Positions 17,586 to 26,227 of a DNA stretch of 64,000 nt are shown here, piece after piece. Position 1 is the stretch's first letter. Every line of letters begins with the position of its first letter. Location of the stretch: contig JBPOHU010000003.1 of NCBI GenBank assembly GCA_052035195.1, forward strand, positions 17,453 through 81,452, in the 5' to 3' direction. The stretch comes from Candidatus Nomurabacteria bacterium (GTDB lineage: Bacteria > Patescibacteriota > Minisyncoccia > Phycocordibacterales > UBA9973). A model generated the notes under the pieces. That model saw only the letters and a program-made list of their open reading frames with translations, did no database searches and was not told the DNA's origin. A program made the position numbers and the translations under genes.

Positions 17586-18169
17586 GTAATATTTTAAAAA
17601 ACAACATTATAAAGTTAATAATATATATAGCTTTGGTTATAGCTTTATTTGTCGGGGTTTCTGTTGTTTTTAGTAGTATGAAAATAAAGATGTCAAAGGT
17701 TTATGATATCAAAGAAAAACTAGCTTCTTATCAAAAAAACAAAAAAGCTTTTGAAGACGAAGTAAAAGAAATACGAGACTTAGAAGAGAGAGTAAAAATC
17801 TTAGAGTCATTTAAGGTCTCTAGTGAGAACATTCCATCTCTTCTATCTACCCTTGAGAAGCTGGCAAATAAACACTCTATATCTTTTGAGATAACAAGCG
17901 TGCAAACCCCAATAGAAAATGAGAAAACAAAGCTTTTGATTGAGACAACTTCAAAAGGTTCTTTTGTCCAAATCCAAAACTTTTTTGAAGAATTACAACA
18001 TCAAAATTTTCAAGTTAGACTTGCAAAAGTTTTTCTCTTTTCAGAAAAAGGAGTATCTTCTAGTCCAGAAGTAACAGGTACACTTTCTGTGAAGGGATCT
18101 AAAACGCCAACAGTTTCAAAAGAGTTAAAATGGCAAGGTGTTGCTACAATAGAAATACAGAGTTTTTAA
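17582..18169 (+). CDS. pilO: PilO-like pilus assembly protein
   Basis: N-terminal TM then coiled coil; position after pilMN; overlapping start (operon). Confidence 0.5.
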   Translation: MSNILKNNIIKLIIYIALVIALFVGVSVVFSSMKIKMSKVYDIKEKLASYQKNKKAFEDEVKEIRDLEERVKILESFKVSSENIPSLLSTLEKLANKHSISFEITSVQTPIENEKTKLLIETTSKGSFVQIQNFFEELQHQNFQVRLAKVFLFSEKGVSSSPEVTGTLSVKGSKTPTVSKELKWQGVATIEIQSF

Positions 18170-18172
18170 AAT

Positions 18173-18481
18173 ATGAATTTTAATTTAACAAAAAACAAAC
18201 CATCGGTAAAACACAAAAAAGACGGAAGAATAAATCCTCATCGTCTTTGGATTTTGTTTATAACTATTTTTTTAATTGCTCTAACTGTTGAGATAATTGT
18301 TTTTACTTATTTTTTTATTAACTCTTCTAAAGAGTTGGACTCTCCGGTAGAGGCTAACCTTGATGCAAATACAAGTCAGATCAAGAAAATAGAGCAGGTA
18401 GTTCAAAAGACAGAAGAAGCTGTTAAAATTAGAAAGGGGGAGTCACCATCTTCACAAAATGCGAGCTCTATAGTACAGTAG
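18173..18481 (+). CDS. Small single-TM protein (possible PilP-like component)
   Basis: 102 aa, one TM, last gene of the pilMNO block. Confidence 0.4.
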   Translation: MNFNLTKNKPSVKHKKDGRINPHRLWILFITIFLIALTVEIIVFTYFFINSSKELDSPVEANLDANTSQIKKIEQVVQKTEEAVKIRKGESPSSQNASSIVQ

Positions 18482-18502
18482 AGGAACCTCGGGGAATCGA
18501 TT

Positions 18503-18574
18503 GCTCCTGTAGTTAAATGGATATAACTGCGGACTTCTAAGCCGTTATTGTAGGTTCGATTCCTACCGGGAGCA
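18503..18574 (+). tRNA. tRNA-Arg (anticodon TCT)
   Basis: Acceptor GCTCCTG/CGGGAGC (one G-U), D arm GTTA-AATGGATA-TAAC, anticodon loop CTTCTAA, T arm GTAGG-TTCGATT-CCTAC. Confidence 0.7.
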
Positions 18575-18673
18575 CAAGCGAGAGAAATAGAAAGTTTATT
18601 TTCGTATTTTCGAGCGTAGCGCTCCCGGAAAGCTCAGCTTACGAGGGAGCACAAGCGAGAGAAATAGAAAGTT
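18568..18673 (+). repeat. 29-nt perfect direct repeat (18568-18596 and 18645-18673) beginning inside the tRNA-Arg(TCT) 3' end
   Basis: gggagcacaagcgagagaaatagaaagtt occurs twice, 77 nt apart; between them gctcccgg (inverse of the tRNA acceptor 3' strand) forms a mini stem with the second gggagc. Confidence 0.7.
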
Positions 18674-18706
18674 CACTTTAGTAACTCGTGACCACATTAT
18701 AGACTT

Positions 18707-18778
18707 GCGCTCTTAGCTCAGTGGTAGAGCAGCGCTTTTACACAGCGAAGGTCGGGGGTTCAAATCCCTCAGGGCGCA
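18707..18778 (+). tRNA. tRNA-Val (anticodon TAC)
   Basis: Acceptor GCGCTCT/AGGGCGC, D arm GCTC-AGTGGTA-GAGC, anticodon loop TTTACAC, T arm GGGGG-TTCAAAT-CCCTC. Confidence 0.85.
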
Positions 18779-18826
18779 CATAATACAAAAGACACCAAAT
18801 TTGGTGTCTTTTGTATTATGTGCAAA
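18779..18826 (+). terminator. Long hairpin terminator after tRNA-Val
   Basis: cacataatacaaaagacaccaaa-ttt-ggtgtcttttgtattatgtg. Confidence 0.6.
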
Positions 18827-18848
18827 AAGTTGTGATAGTATCATAATT

Positions 18849-19580
18849 ATGACACCTATAATCTTATTAGAAACTCAAAACTACCTTGTTATCAACAAGC
18901 CAGCTTCTCTCATTGTTCATACTGATGGTAAAACGAATGAGTCAACTCTTGTTGATTGGATTTTAAAAACAAGGCCAGAAATTTCTGGTGTAGGAGAACC
19001 GGCCGTGATAGATGGAAAGGTTTTTGATAGACCAGGTATTGTTCACCGACTAGACAAGGAAACATCGGGGATTATGATAATTGCAAAAAACCAAGAATCT
19101 TTTTTATTTTTTAAGCAGGCTTTTAAAGATAGAGTTATAGAAAAAAAATATCACGCATTTGTTTGGGGGCACTTCAAAGAACTTTCCGGAATAATAAATG
19201 AACCTATTGCTAGAAGCAGTGGAGACTTTCGAAGGTGGCAGTCTGGACGAGGAAAAAGAGGGGAAGAAAGAGACGCTATAACAAACTGGTCGCTGGTCCA
19301 CACTTTTGAAGATGAAAATGAAGACCTGTTTTCTTTTGTTGAGCTTTCACCAAAGACTGGTAGGACTCATCAACTCCGTGTACATATGAAATTTATACAA
19401 AGACCTATAGTTTCAGACTCTTTATATGCTCCAAGCAAAAGAGAGGCTTTAGGTTTTTCTAGGGTGGCGCTTCATGCCAGAAGTATTCGTTTTATAGACC
19501 AGGATGGTAAAAATATAGAGATAGAAGCCCCGTATCCATTTGATTTTGACAGGGCTCTTGCGGTGTACGTTAAAATATGA
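18849..19580 (+). CDS. RluA-family 23S rRNA/tRNA pseudouridine synthase
   Basis: [16 protein letters not shown] catalytic motif, ...THQLRVHM...; start MTPIILL at 18849. Confidence 0.8.
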   Translation: MTPIILLETQNYLVINKPASLIVHTDGKTNESTLVDWILKTRPEISGVGEPAVIDGKVFDRPGIVHRLDKETSGIMIIAKNQESFLFFKQAFKDRVIEKKYHAFVWGHFKELSGIINEPIARSSGDFRRWQSGRGKRGEERDAITNWSLVHTFEDENEDLFSFVELSPKTGRTHQLRVHMKFIQRPIVSDSLYAPSKREALGFSRVALHARSIRFIDQDGKNIEIEAPYPFDFDRALAVYVKI

Positions 19581-19596
19581 TAAAGTTTCGGCCTAT

Positions 19597-20016
19597 ATGG
19601 ATACAACTATGACATTTACCACAGTCGACGTAGAGTCACGAAAAAAGCTTGATTTTAACTCAGGCGATACTGTTCGTGTGTGGTCAAAAATTGAAGATAA
19701 GGGTAAATACCGTTTACAAGCCTTCGAGGGTATTGTTCTTGCTCGAAAACACGGAACAAGTCCAACAGCAACCTTTACCGTTAGAAAGGTTAGTAATGGA
19801 GTTGGCGTAGAGAGAGTTTTTCCACTCTATTCTCCAATGGTAGATAAGATTGAAGTTACAAAGAAAACAAAGACACGAAGAAGTAAGCTTTACTACATTC
19901 GAGATAAGGCGGTTAAAGAGATTCGTCGAAAAATGAAACAAATCCTTCTCGGAAAAGCTTCAGTAGAAGAAGGAGAAATAGTAGAAGATACTTCAAAAGA
20001 AGAATCTGCATCATAA
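19597..20016 (+). CDS. rplS: 50S ribosomal protein L19
   Basis: [31 protein letters not shown]...[16 protein letters not shown]. Confidence 0.8.
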   Translation: MDTTMTFTTVDVESRKKLDFNSGDTVRVWSKIEDKGKYRLQAFEGIVLARKHGTSPTATFTVRKVSNGVGVERVFPLYSPMVDKIEVTKKTKTRRSKLYYIRDKAVKEIRRKMKQILLGKASVEEGEIVEDTSKEESAS

Positions 20017-20021
20017 AGAGA

Positions 20022-20052
20022 AGAACCGCGCATAGCGCGGTTCTTGCTTAGA
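20022..20052 (+). terminator. Rho-independent terminator
   Basis: agaagaaccgcgc-ata-gcgcggttctt hairpin. Confidence 0.6.
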
Positions 20053-20092
20053 TAGATTAATTTGTTATAGTGAAAATGCTGGAAGAAGATTT

Positions 20093-20176
20093 GCGCGGGT
20101 GGCGAAATTGGTAGACGCACTACCTTGAGGTGGTAGCCCCAGCAATGGGTTGGAGGTTCAAGTCCTCTCTCGCGCA
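20093..20176 (+). tRNA. tRNA-Leu (anticodon GAG)
   Basis: Acceptor GCGCGGG/CTCGCGC, D arm GGCGAAATTGGTAGACGC, anticodon stem-loop CTACC-TTGAGGT-GGTAG, long variable arm, T arm GGAGG-TTCAAGT-CCTCT; 84 nt. Confidence 0.8.
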
Positions 20177-20225
20177 CATAAATGAAAAAGTCCCAATTAT
20201 TTGGGATTTTTTCATTTATGTGAGA

Positions 20226-20371
20226 AACAAACAAGACTGCTCTTGTTTGAGTGAGGACTTGAACAGCGGAGCTATGATTTATCACCAGATAAATCAAGCG
20301 AGCTGGTGCCTAGGCTTTCTTGAGTGGCTGACGAGAGAAAAGGCGAAGGAAAGATTCCTCTCTCGCGCACA
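20226..20371 (-). repeat. tRNA-linked structured repeat element, copy D (sense is the - strand; lies 3' of tRNA-Leu)
   Basis: Reverse complement aligns with copy B: ...CTCGTCAGCCACTC loop, CCTAGGCACCAGCTCGCTTG, hairpin ATTTATC-TGGT-GATAAAT, CATAGCTCCGCTGTTCAAGTCCTC. + strand start GAGGACTTGAAC is an inverted copy of the tRNA-Leu T arm; + strand end TCCTCTCTCGCGCAC directly copies the tRNA-Leu 3' end (20162-20176). Confidence 0.6.
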
Positions 20372-20407
20372 AAAATGATTTAGAGACAAAAACCCCGAAA
20401 GGGGTTT

Positions 20408-21409
20408 TTGTCATGTTATAATTTTTATATGCATCTTTTTATTGGTCTCATTGCTTGTCTAGTAGGAGTCTTTATTTCTTCGTATTTACTTATAAAGAAA
20501 TACAAAAACCAAAAACTAGCTTGTCCAAGAGATAATCCTTGTGACAGTGTTACTCATAGCTCTTTTTCTAAAACCTTTGGAATACCAAATGAGATTTTAG
20601 GTTTATTTTATTTTTTAGCAGTTGGTTTTTTGATAATAAATATTTTACTAACAGGGGGATCACCCTGGGTTATTTACTCTTTATTTTTTATTGTTATTTT
20701 TGGCGGATTATTTTCTGCTTACCTTGTAGGATTACAGGCTTTTGTTATCAAGGCCTGGTGTATTTGGTGTTTAGGAGTGGCTTTTTCAAATCTTGTTCTT
20801 ATTGTCAGCCTTTTTGGTATTCCAGCGGAAAATATTTTTCCAATACTTTCTTCACAGAAAGTATTATGGATTATTGTTCATAATATAGGATTTATTCTTG
20901 GTGTTGGGGCTGCTACTATCACAGATATTTTCTTCTTTAAATTTTTGAAAGACAATGTTATCACTCAAGAAGAAAAAGACACTATGGATACACTGAGCGC
21001 TGTTATTTGGGCAGGACTTGCCATCTTGATTGTTAGTGGAATAGCTCTGTATCTACCAGAACAAGCAAGACTAGCCGTGTCTTCAAAGTTTCTAATAAAA
21101 GTAGTTGTCGTTGGAGTGATTGTATTAAATGGCTTTTTGTTAAATATGATAGTTGCTCCAAATATGAGAAGGCTTTCTTTTGAAGGAGGTCTCCCAGAAA
21201 AGAGGTTTCGTCGCCTAGCTTTTGCTCTTGGTGGAATATCTTTTTCTTCTTGGTATATAGCTTTTTTCTTAGGAGTATTACGCAGAATTCCTGTCGATTT
21301 TAATTTTGCCTTATGGGCATATCTAACAATGCTTGTTTTTGTGGTAATAGGATCACAGATTACCGAAAGATTTGTAACAAAAAATCACTTACCACGAAAA
21401 TCTGAGTAA
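20408..21409 (+). CDS. Vitamin K epoxide reductase (VKOR) family domain fused to a C-terminal multi-TM domain
   Basis: KLACPRDNPCDSVTHSSFSKTFGIPNEILGLFYF and TM CxxC (AWCIWCLGV) typical of bacterial VKOR; 333 aa. Start may be the downstream MHLF. Confidence 0.65.
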   Translation: MSCYNFYMHLFIGLIACLVGVFISSYLLIKKYKNQKLACPRDNPCDSVTHSSFSKTFGIPNEILGLFYFLAVGFLIINILLTGGSPWVIYSLFFIVIFGGLFSAYLVGLQAFVIKAWCIWCLGVAFSNLVLIVSLFGIPAENIFPILSSQKVLWIIVHNIGFILGVGAATITDIFFFKFLKDNVITQEEKDTMDTLSAVIWAGLAILIVSGIALYLPEQARLAVSSKFLIKVVVVGVIVLNGFLLNMIVAPNMRRLSFEGGLPEKRFRRLAFALGGISFSSWYIAFFLGVLRRIPVDFNFALWAYLTMLVFVVIGSQITERFVTKNHLPRKSE

Positions 21410-21484
21410 GGTCTAGATTATCCTTTGATTTTCTGGTATAACAAGATGCACACCCCACTTCGCCAAAGGCTTCGCGGGGCACGT

Positions 21485-21557
21485 GGGGATTATGGTGTAA
21501 CGGTTAACACTGAGGTTTGTGGAACCTTCGATTCGGGTTCGATTCCCGATAGTCCCC
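21485..21557 (+). tRNA. tRNA-His (anticodon GTG) with encoded G-1
   Basis: G-1 plus acceptor GGGATTA/TAGTCCC with discriminator C, D arm GTGT-AACGGTTA-ACAC, anticodon loop TTGTGGA, T arm TCGGG-TTCGATT-CCCGA. Confidence 0.8.
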
Positions 21558-21564
21558 CAAGACC

Positions 21565-21597
21565 AAAAATCTGCAACTACAATGTTGCAGATTTTTG
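21565..21597 (+). terminator. Rho-independent terminator after tRNA-His
   Basis: aaaaatctgcaac-tacaat-gttgcagattttt. Confidence 0.6.
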
Positions 21598-21599
21598 CG

Positions 21600-21840
21600 T
21601 CTATGGAGGACATTAAAGAAGCAAACTGCTTTGCTTCTGTTCGGAATCGAAAGGCGCAGCTATGCCGATAGGCAAGCGAGCCGGGGTCGCGAGTACGTAT
21701 GAGCTTGAGTTTGTCGAAGGCGAATTAGTAACTCGTGACCGATTCCCGATAGCCCCTGCTCTGACGAGAGAAAAGTCGACCGCGTGCCGCCATAGCTTTA
21801 GCGGTGGAGCAGGGAGATAAGCGTAGCGGTCCCGATATTC
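21600..21840 (-). repeat. tRNA-linked structured repeat element, copy C (sense is the - strand; convergent with tRNA-His), with internal insertion
   Basis: - strand reads GGACCGCTACGCTTATCTCCCT (22 nt identical to the copy A 5' end), then GTCGACTTTTCTCTCGTCAG, GGCTCGCTTG, CATAGCTGCGCCTTTCGATTCC and hairpin agaagcaaagcagtttgcttct (all as in copy B). + strand 21740-21757 cgattcccgatagcccc copies the tRNA-His 3' end. Also contains the TTAGTAACTCGTGACC motif. Confidence 0.55.
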
Positions 21841-21877
21841 CTTGGTTCAAATCAATTTTTCTGCTAATCTAAAAAAC

Positions 21878-22813
21878 ATGAAAGATTATCAAATTCTTCT
21901 TTTCTATAAATACGTTCATATATCAAACCCAGAAGAGGTCAGAGACTGGTTACGAGCTATTTGCCAAAAGCTTGGTTTGAAGGGGAGACTGATTGTTGCG
22001 AGCGAAGGCCTTAATATTACCCTTGAGGGGAAAACTGAGGATACTGAATTTTTCATCACTGAGATGGAAAAGGATTCGCGATTTTTGAATATTCACATGA
22101 AAAGGAGCGAGGGTACAGGAAATGCTTTTCCAAAGCTCTCTGTAAAAGTACGCCCTGAGATAGTGTCACTACACTTAGGTGTGTGTGATGTTGACCCGAA
22201 TGTTACAACTGGTATTCATTTAGCTCCTGACGAACTTCATCAATGGATTGCAGACAAGAAAGAGTTTTATATCGTCGACATGCGAAACGCGTACGAACAT
22301 GCAGTAGGGCAGTTTGCTGGATCTATTTGTCCTCCAATGGAAAACTTCCGTGACCTTCCAAAGCTAATGAAAATGATTGATCATCTAAAAGACAAGACTG
22401 TTTTAACAGTATGTACTGGTGGAGTACGTTGTGAAAAGGCATCAGGCTATCTCATCACTCAAGGATTTAAAGATGTGTATCAACTCGATGGAGGGATAGT
22501 GTCATATATGGAGAAATACCCGAACGAAGACTTTGAAGGTAAGCTTTATGTATTTGATGGACGCGTAGCTATGGGGTTTTATACGGACGACCCAAAACAT
22601 AAAATAATAGGTAAGTGCACTTCTTGTAACCTATCTTCAGAAAATATCGTTGATTGTCGAGAACGTGGTTGTAACGGACAGTTCATACTTTGTGAAGAGT
22701 GTGAAAATAAACAAACAGAAAAAAGAGGGCATACTCACTGCGTGAAGAATTGTAAAAAAGTACACAAGTCACCAATAGGGAAACTTTGGTCTAAAATAAA
22801 GGGTATTTTCTAG
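21878..22813 (+). CDS. trhO: Rhodanese-domain protein of the YceA/TrhO family (tRNA U34 hydroxylase-like)
   Basis: UPF0176 N-domain, rhodanese active-site region CTGGVRCEKASGYL, C-terminal Cys cluster; start MKDYQILLFYKY at 21878. Confidence 0.65.
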   Translation: MKDYQILLFYKYVHISNPEEVRDWLRAICQKLGLKGRLIVASEGLNITLEGKTEDTEFFITEMEKDSRFLNIHMKRSEGTGNAFPKLSVKVRPEIVSLHLGVCDVDPNVTTGIHLAPDELHQWIADKKEFYIVDMRNAYEHAVGQFAGSICPPMENFRDLPKLMKMIDHLKDKTVLTVCTGGVRCEKASGYLITQGFKDVYQLDGGIVSYMEKYPNEDFEGKLYVFDGRVAMGFYTDDPKHKIIGKCTSCNLSSENIVDCRERGCNGQFILCEECENKQTEKRGHTHCVKNCKKVHKSPIGKLWSKIKGIF

Positions 22814-22882
22814 TACTTGCTTTTAGGTTATATTTGTGTTATAATATAAATAAATATTCTTCACCAATTAAATACATTAAAA

Positions 22883-23605
22883 ATGCGTACATTGAAAGAT
22901 TCCCTTGTAAGAGTAAAAAAAATACTCAAACAAAAAACGTATAACCCATTGTCTTTAGTTGCATTGGGCAATCTCATTGTTTACAAACTTTTATCTACTT
23001 ACACGATTAGCGTTAGAGATAAAAAGGTTTTATACCGCTTTATAAATGCGCTTCATGAATACACAAGAGATTCTGGTACAGATTCAAATAAGTATTCAAA
23101 AGATTTTGAAGATAACACATGCGACTACAAGATTGCCAGAGAGCTGGTTCTTAGGTTCGACGGTCATCCATTTGATGTTTTATCTGTATGGATAAATCAT
23201 TATTACTATGACAGTCAGTTATGGCATGGAGCTATAGACAAGATGATTAAAATAGACCCGGTAAAAGGATTGGTTCTTGCTATAGAGCACGCACAGCCAA
23301 CTCCGTTTGAATCAGAAGAAGACTTACAAAAGGTGTATTGGGATCAACTGGTTTCGTACGAGCCTTCTTTTAAGGATCTGGAAGGGCTTTGTGTAAAAAC
23401 AGATTTACCGCTTTGGATATTAAAAGAGGCCTCTAGCCTTGTTATGACCAGGAATCTTCTGGACGGTTTACCTGAAAAGGATTATTATTTACATTTTTTT
23501 AATAATGTAGTTTTTAAGGCAAAAAACTCAGACGACTACATTACCCTTATTGAAAAAAACCACAATAAGTCTGTTGAATTATCCAGAAAGATTTTTAAAA
23601 AGTAG
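22883..23605 (+). CDS. Hypothetical protein (ORFan)
   Basis: 240 aa, no signal peptide, own terminator (aaccctaa...ttagggttttt) downstream. Confidence 0.45.
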   Translation: MRTLKDSLVRVKKILKQKTYNPLSLVALGNLIVYKLLSTYTISVRDKKVLYRFINALHEYTRDSGTDSNKYSKDFEDNTCDYKIARELVLRFDGHPFDVLSVWINHYYYDSQLWHGAIDKMIKIDPVKGLVLAIEHAQPTPFESEEDLQKVYWDQLVSYEPSFKDLEGLCVKTDLPLWILKEASSLVMTRNLLDGLPEKDYYLHFFNNVVFKAKNSDDYITLIEKNHNKSVELSRKIFKK

Positions 23606-23697
23606 TAGCGATATACTACTAAAACCCTAATGCAAGTTAGGGTTTTTATTTTTACCAAAATTGTAAAAAAGTCATATTTTCGCTATAGTTTGTTTAC

Positions 23698-24408
23698 ATG
23701 GAACAAAATTCTAAAAACCAATATATAGCAAAGGGAGCACTACATCCTCTGACTCTAGTTACAGAGGAGATTGTAAACATCTTTGAAAAACAAGGTTTTT
23801 CGGTGGCGACAGGGCCTGAACTTGAGGATGAGTATCACAACTTTGATGCGCTCAATGTGCCAAAGGATCACCCGGCTCGTGATATGCAGGACACATTTTT
23901 CATCAAAGACCGTCCTGGCTATGTACTACGTACTCACACTTCACCGGTACAGATACGCTATATGGAGAACCATACAGCGCCATTTGCCATCATTGTACCT
24001 GGAAAAGTTTTCAGAAATGAATCAACAGACGCGACACACGAAATGCAATTTCACCAAGTTGAAGGCTTGGTAGTAGGAGAGGGTATTACTGTAGAGCATT
24101 TAAAGGGGACACTCCTTGGATTTTTCAAAGAACTTTTTGGAGAAAGTACAGAGATAAGACTAAGACCGAGTTTCTTCCCATTCGTTGAGCCGGGATTTGA
24201 AGTAGATGTGAAGGTTGGAGAAAAATGGCTTGAAGTTTGCGGTGCGGGTATGGTGCATCCTAACGTTTTTAAAAGTGTTGGTTATGATGATTCAAAAGTC
24301 ACTGGTTTTGCATTTGGTATGGGTCTTGATCGACTTGCTAATGTAAAGTTTGGTTTCCCTGATGTTCGTCTAGCATATCAAGGAGATCTTCGTTTTAATC
24401 AATTTTAA
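23698..24408 (+). CDS. pheS: Phenylalanine--tRNA ligase alpha subunit (short form)
   Basis: Class II core motifs [39 protein letters not shown]. Confidence 0.9.
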   Translation: MEQNSKNQYIAKGALHPLTLVTEEIVNIFEKQGFSVATGPELEDEYHNFDALNVPKDHPARDMQDTFFIKDRPGYVLRTHTSPVQIRYMENHTAPFAIIVPGKVFRNESTDATHEMQFHQVEGLVVGEGITVEHLKGTLLGFFKELFGESTEIRLRPSFFPFVEPGFEVDVKVGEKWLEVCGAGMVHPNVFKSVGYDDSKVTGFAFGMGLDRLANVKFGFPDVRLAYQGDLRFNQF

Positions 24409-24412
24409 TTTT

Positions 24413-26191
24413 ATGAAAATTTCTTATAACTGGTTACAAAATCATATAGAAGAAAAGCTCCCAAGTCCTGAAAGTCTCAGAGAGACTATTATTTTTCATG
24501 CGTTTGAAGTTGAAGACGTTGAAGAGAAGGGAGCAGATACTATTTTTGATATTAAGGTCTTGCCTGATAGGGCTCATGATTGTTTAAGTCATACTGGTGT
24601 CGCTAAAGAAGTCTCTGGTTTGCTCGGTTTAACTCTTAAAAACCCTTCTTTGCCAGAACTTCCTTTTACTCCCATAAATACAAAAGTTGAAATACAAAAT
24701 GAATTAGTTCGTAGGTATATGGCAATAGAGATGACAGGGGTAAAAGTTGGTCCTTCTCCAGAGTGGCTTAAAAATGCACTCGAATCTGTGGGTGCGAGAT
24801 CTATCAACAATATAGTTGATGCGACAAACTTAGTACTCTTAGATGATGGACAGCCTGTGCACGCATTTGATAAAGATAAAATAGACGGAGGAATAGTTGT
24901 ACGAATGGCTCATGAAGAAGAAAAGATAGTTACTCTTTCTGATGAAGAAAAAGTTTTGAAAAATACAGATCTTATTATTGCTGATTATTTAGGAGCACTT
25001 GCTATAGCTGGGGTAAAGGGTGGTAAAAGTGCTGAAATAACAGAAGACACAACAAATATTATTATTGAGATTGGAAATTTCGATCCAGTAGCAATTCGTA
25101 AGACATCTCGAAGACTCGCTCTTATTACTGACGCATCAAAGAGATTTGAAAATGAAATTAGCGCAGAAGTTGCCTCTGGTGCAGCTCGTCATGTTGTAAG
25201 TATCATAAAGCAAATTGCAGGGGGTGAAGTTGTAGGAGTATATGATCACTATCCTAAACCAGAACAAGAAAGAACACTTAGTTTTACCGTCGCTGATATC
25301 AAAAGGGTTCTCGGTGATACTATCAAAGAAGCACAAATAGATCTTTGGATTTCTAGATACAATATCTCCTCTACAAAAGATGGTGACAAATATACGATCA
25401 CTATACCAAGTGACAGACTAGATATTGTGGGTGCTCATGATATTGCTGAAGAGATAGGTAAGATGGTTGGTTATGAAAATATTCCGGCATTACCTATTCC
25501 TTTTACTCTTACTCCACAAAAAGATTCAGAATATAGAGTTGTGACTTCTGTGAAATATTGGCTTGCTCAAAATGGTTTTAGAGAGGTGATGAATTATAGC
25601 TTTACCAAAAAGGGTGATGTTTATATTTCTTATGGTGCTAAAGACAAAAGCGCTCTTCGAACCAACCTTTCAGATGCTCTAAAAGAAAGCTACGAAAAAA
25701 ACCGCATTAATGCCAGTTTGTTAGGTCTAAGTAGTATTAGAATATTTGAGATAGGTACTGTTTTTATAGGAGAAACAGAAATGGTGCATGTGGCTACTTG
25801 TGACAAGGGGAATTTTGAAGAGTTACCAATAAAAGACTTTATAGAAAAATACAAAATTGAAATTTCTAGTACTCCTAACAATTACTCACTACCTAATAAC
25901 TCTTTCAAAATGTGGTCCCCATATCCATACATTACTCGCGATATTGCAGTATGGTGCGATAGTATTGAGTCGCAAACTAGCCTTGAGGCTATTGTTAGTA
26001 GTTTTGCAAAAGAGCATTGTGTACGAGAGCCAGAGCTTTTTGACCGCTTTGAAAAGGATGGAAAAACATCTATAGCCTATAGGTTTGTATTTCAATCATA
26101 CGAGAAGACTTTGACTGAGGAGGAAGTAGAGAAGTGGTTTGTAGAACTTGTAAACAAAATAAAAGCCGAAAAAGTTTTTGAAATAAGATAG
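24413..26191 (+). CDS. pheT: Phenylalanine--tRNA ligase beta subunit (short form)
   Basis: MKISYNWLQNHIE start typical of PheT, B3/4 and B5 domains; immediately follows pheS. Confidence 0.85.
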   Translation: MKISYNWLQNHIEEKLPSPESLRETIIFHAFEVEDVEEKGADTIFDIKVLPDRAHDCLSHTGVAKEVSGLLGLTLKNPSLPELPFTPINTKVEIQNELVRRYMAIEMTGVKVGPSPEWLKNALESVGARSINNIVDATNLVLLDDGQPVHAFDKDKIDGGIVVRMAHEEEKIVTLSDEEKVLKNTDLIIADYLGALAIAGVKGGKSAEITEDTTNIIIEIGNFDPVAIRKTSRRLALITDASKRFENEISAEVASGAARHVVSIIKQIAGGEVVGVYDHYPKPEQERTLSFTVADIKRVLGDTIKEAQIDLWISRYNISSTKDGDKYTITIPSDRLDIVGAHDIAEEIGKMVGYENIPALPIPFTLTPQKDSEYRVVTSVKYWLAQNGFREVMNYSFTKKGDVYISYGAKDKSALRTNLSDALKESYEKNRINASLLGLSSIRIFEIGTVFIGETEMVHVATCDKGNFEELPIKDFIEKYKIEISSTPNNYSLPNNSFKMWSPYPYITRDIAVWCDSIESQTSLEAIVSSFAKEHCVREPELFDRFEKDGKTSIAYRFVFQSYEKTLTEEEVEKWFVELVNKIKAEKVFEIR

Positions 26192-26227
26192 TTTGCTAGT
26201 ATCAATAAAAACGCTATAATCTCTGTC

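Noticed and set aside
19893-20378. ORF-track entries 19893-20297 (-) and 20130-20378 (+)
   Set aside because: They overlap tRNA-Leu, its terminator and repeat element D; low-complexity translations; judged non-coding.
21413-21616. ORF-track entries 21413-21613 (-) and 21425-21616 (+)
   Set aside because: They coincide with tRNA-His and its terminator hairpin.
13600-21900. Intact integrated prophage or genomic island at the tRNA genes
   Set aside because: Direct repeats of tRNA 3' ends are only 75-200 bp apart and no integrase, phage or transposase gene is present in the window; at most remnants or miniature elements.
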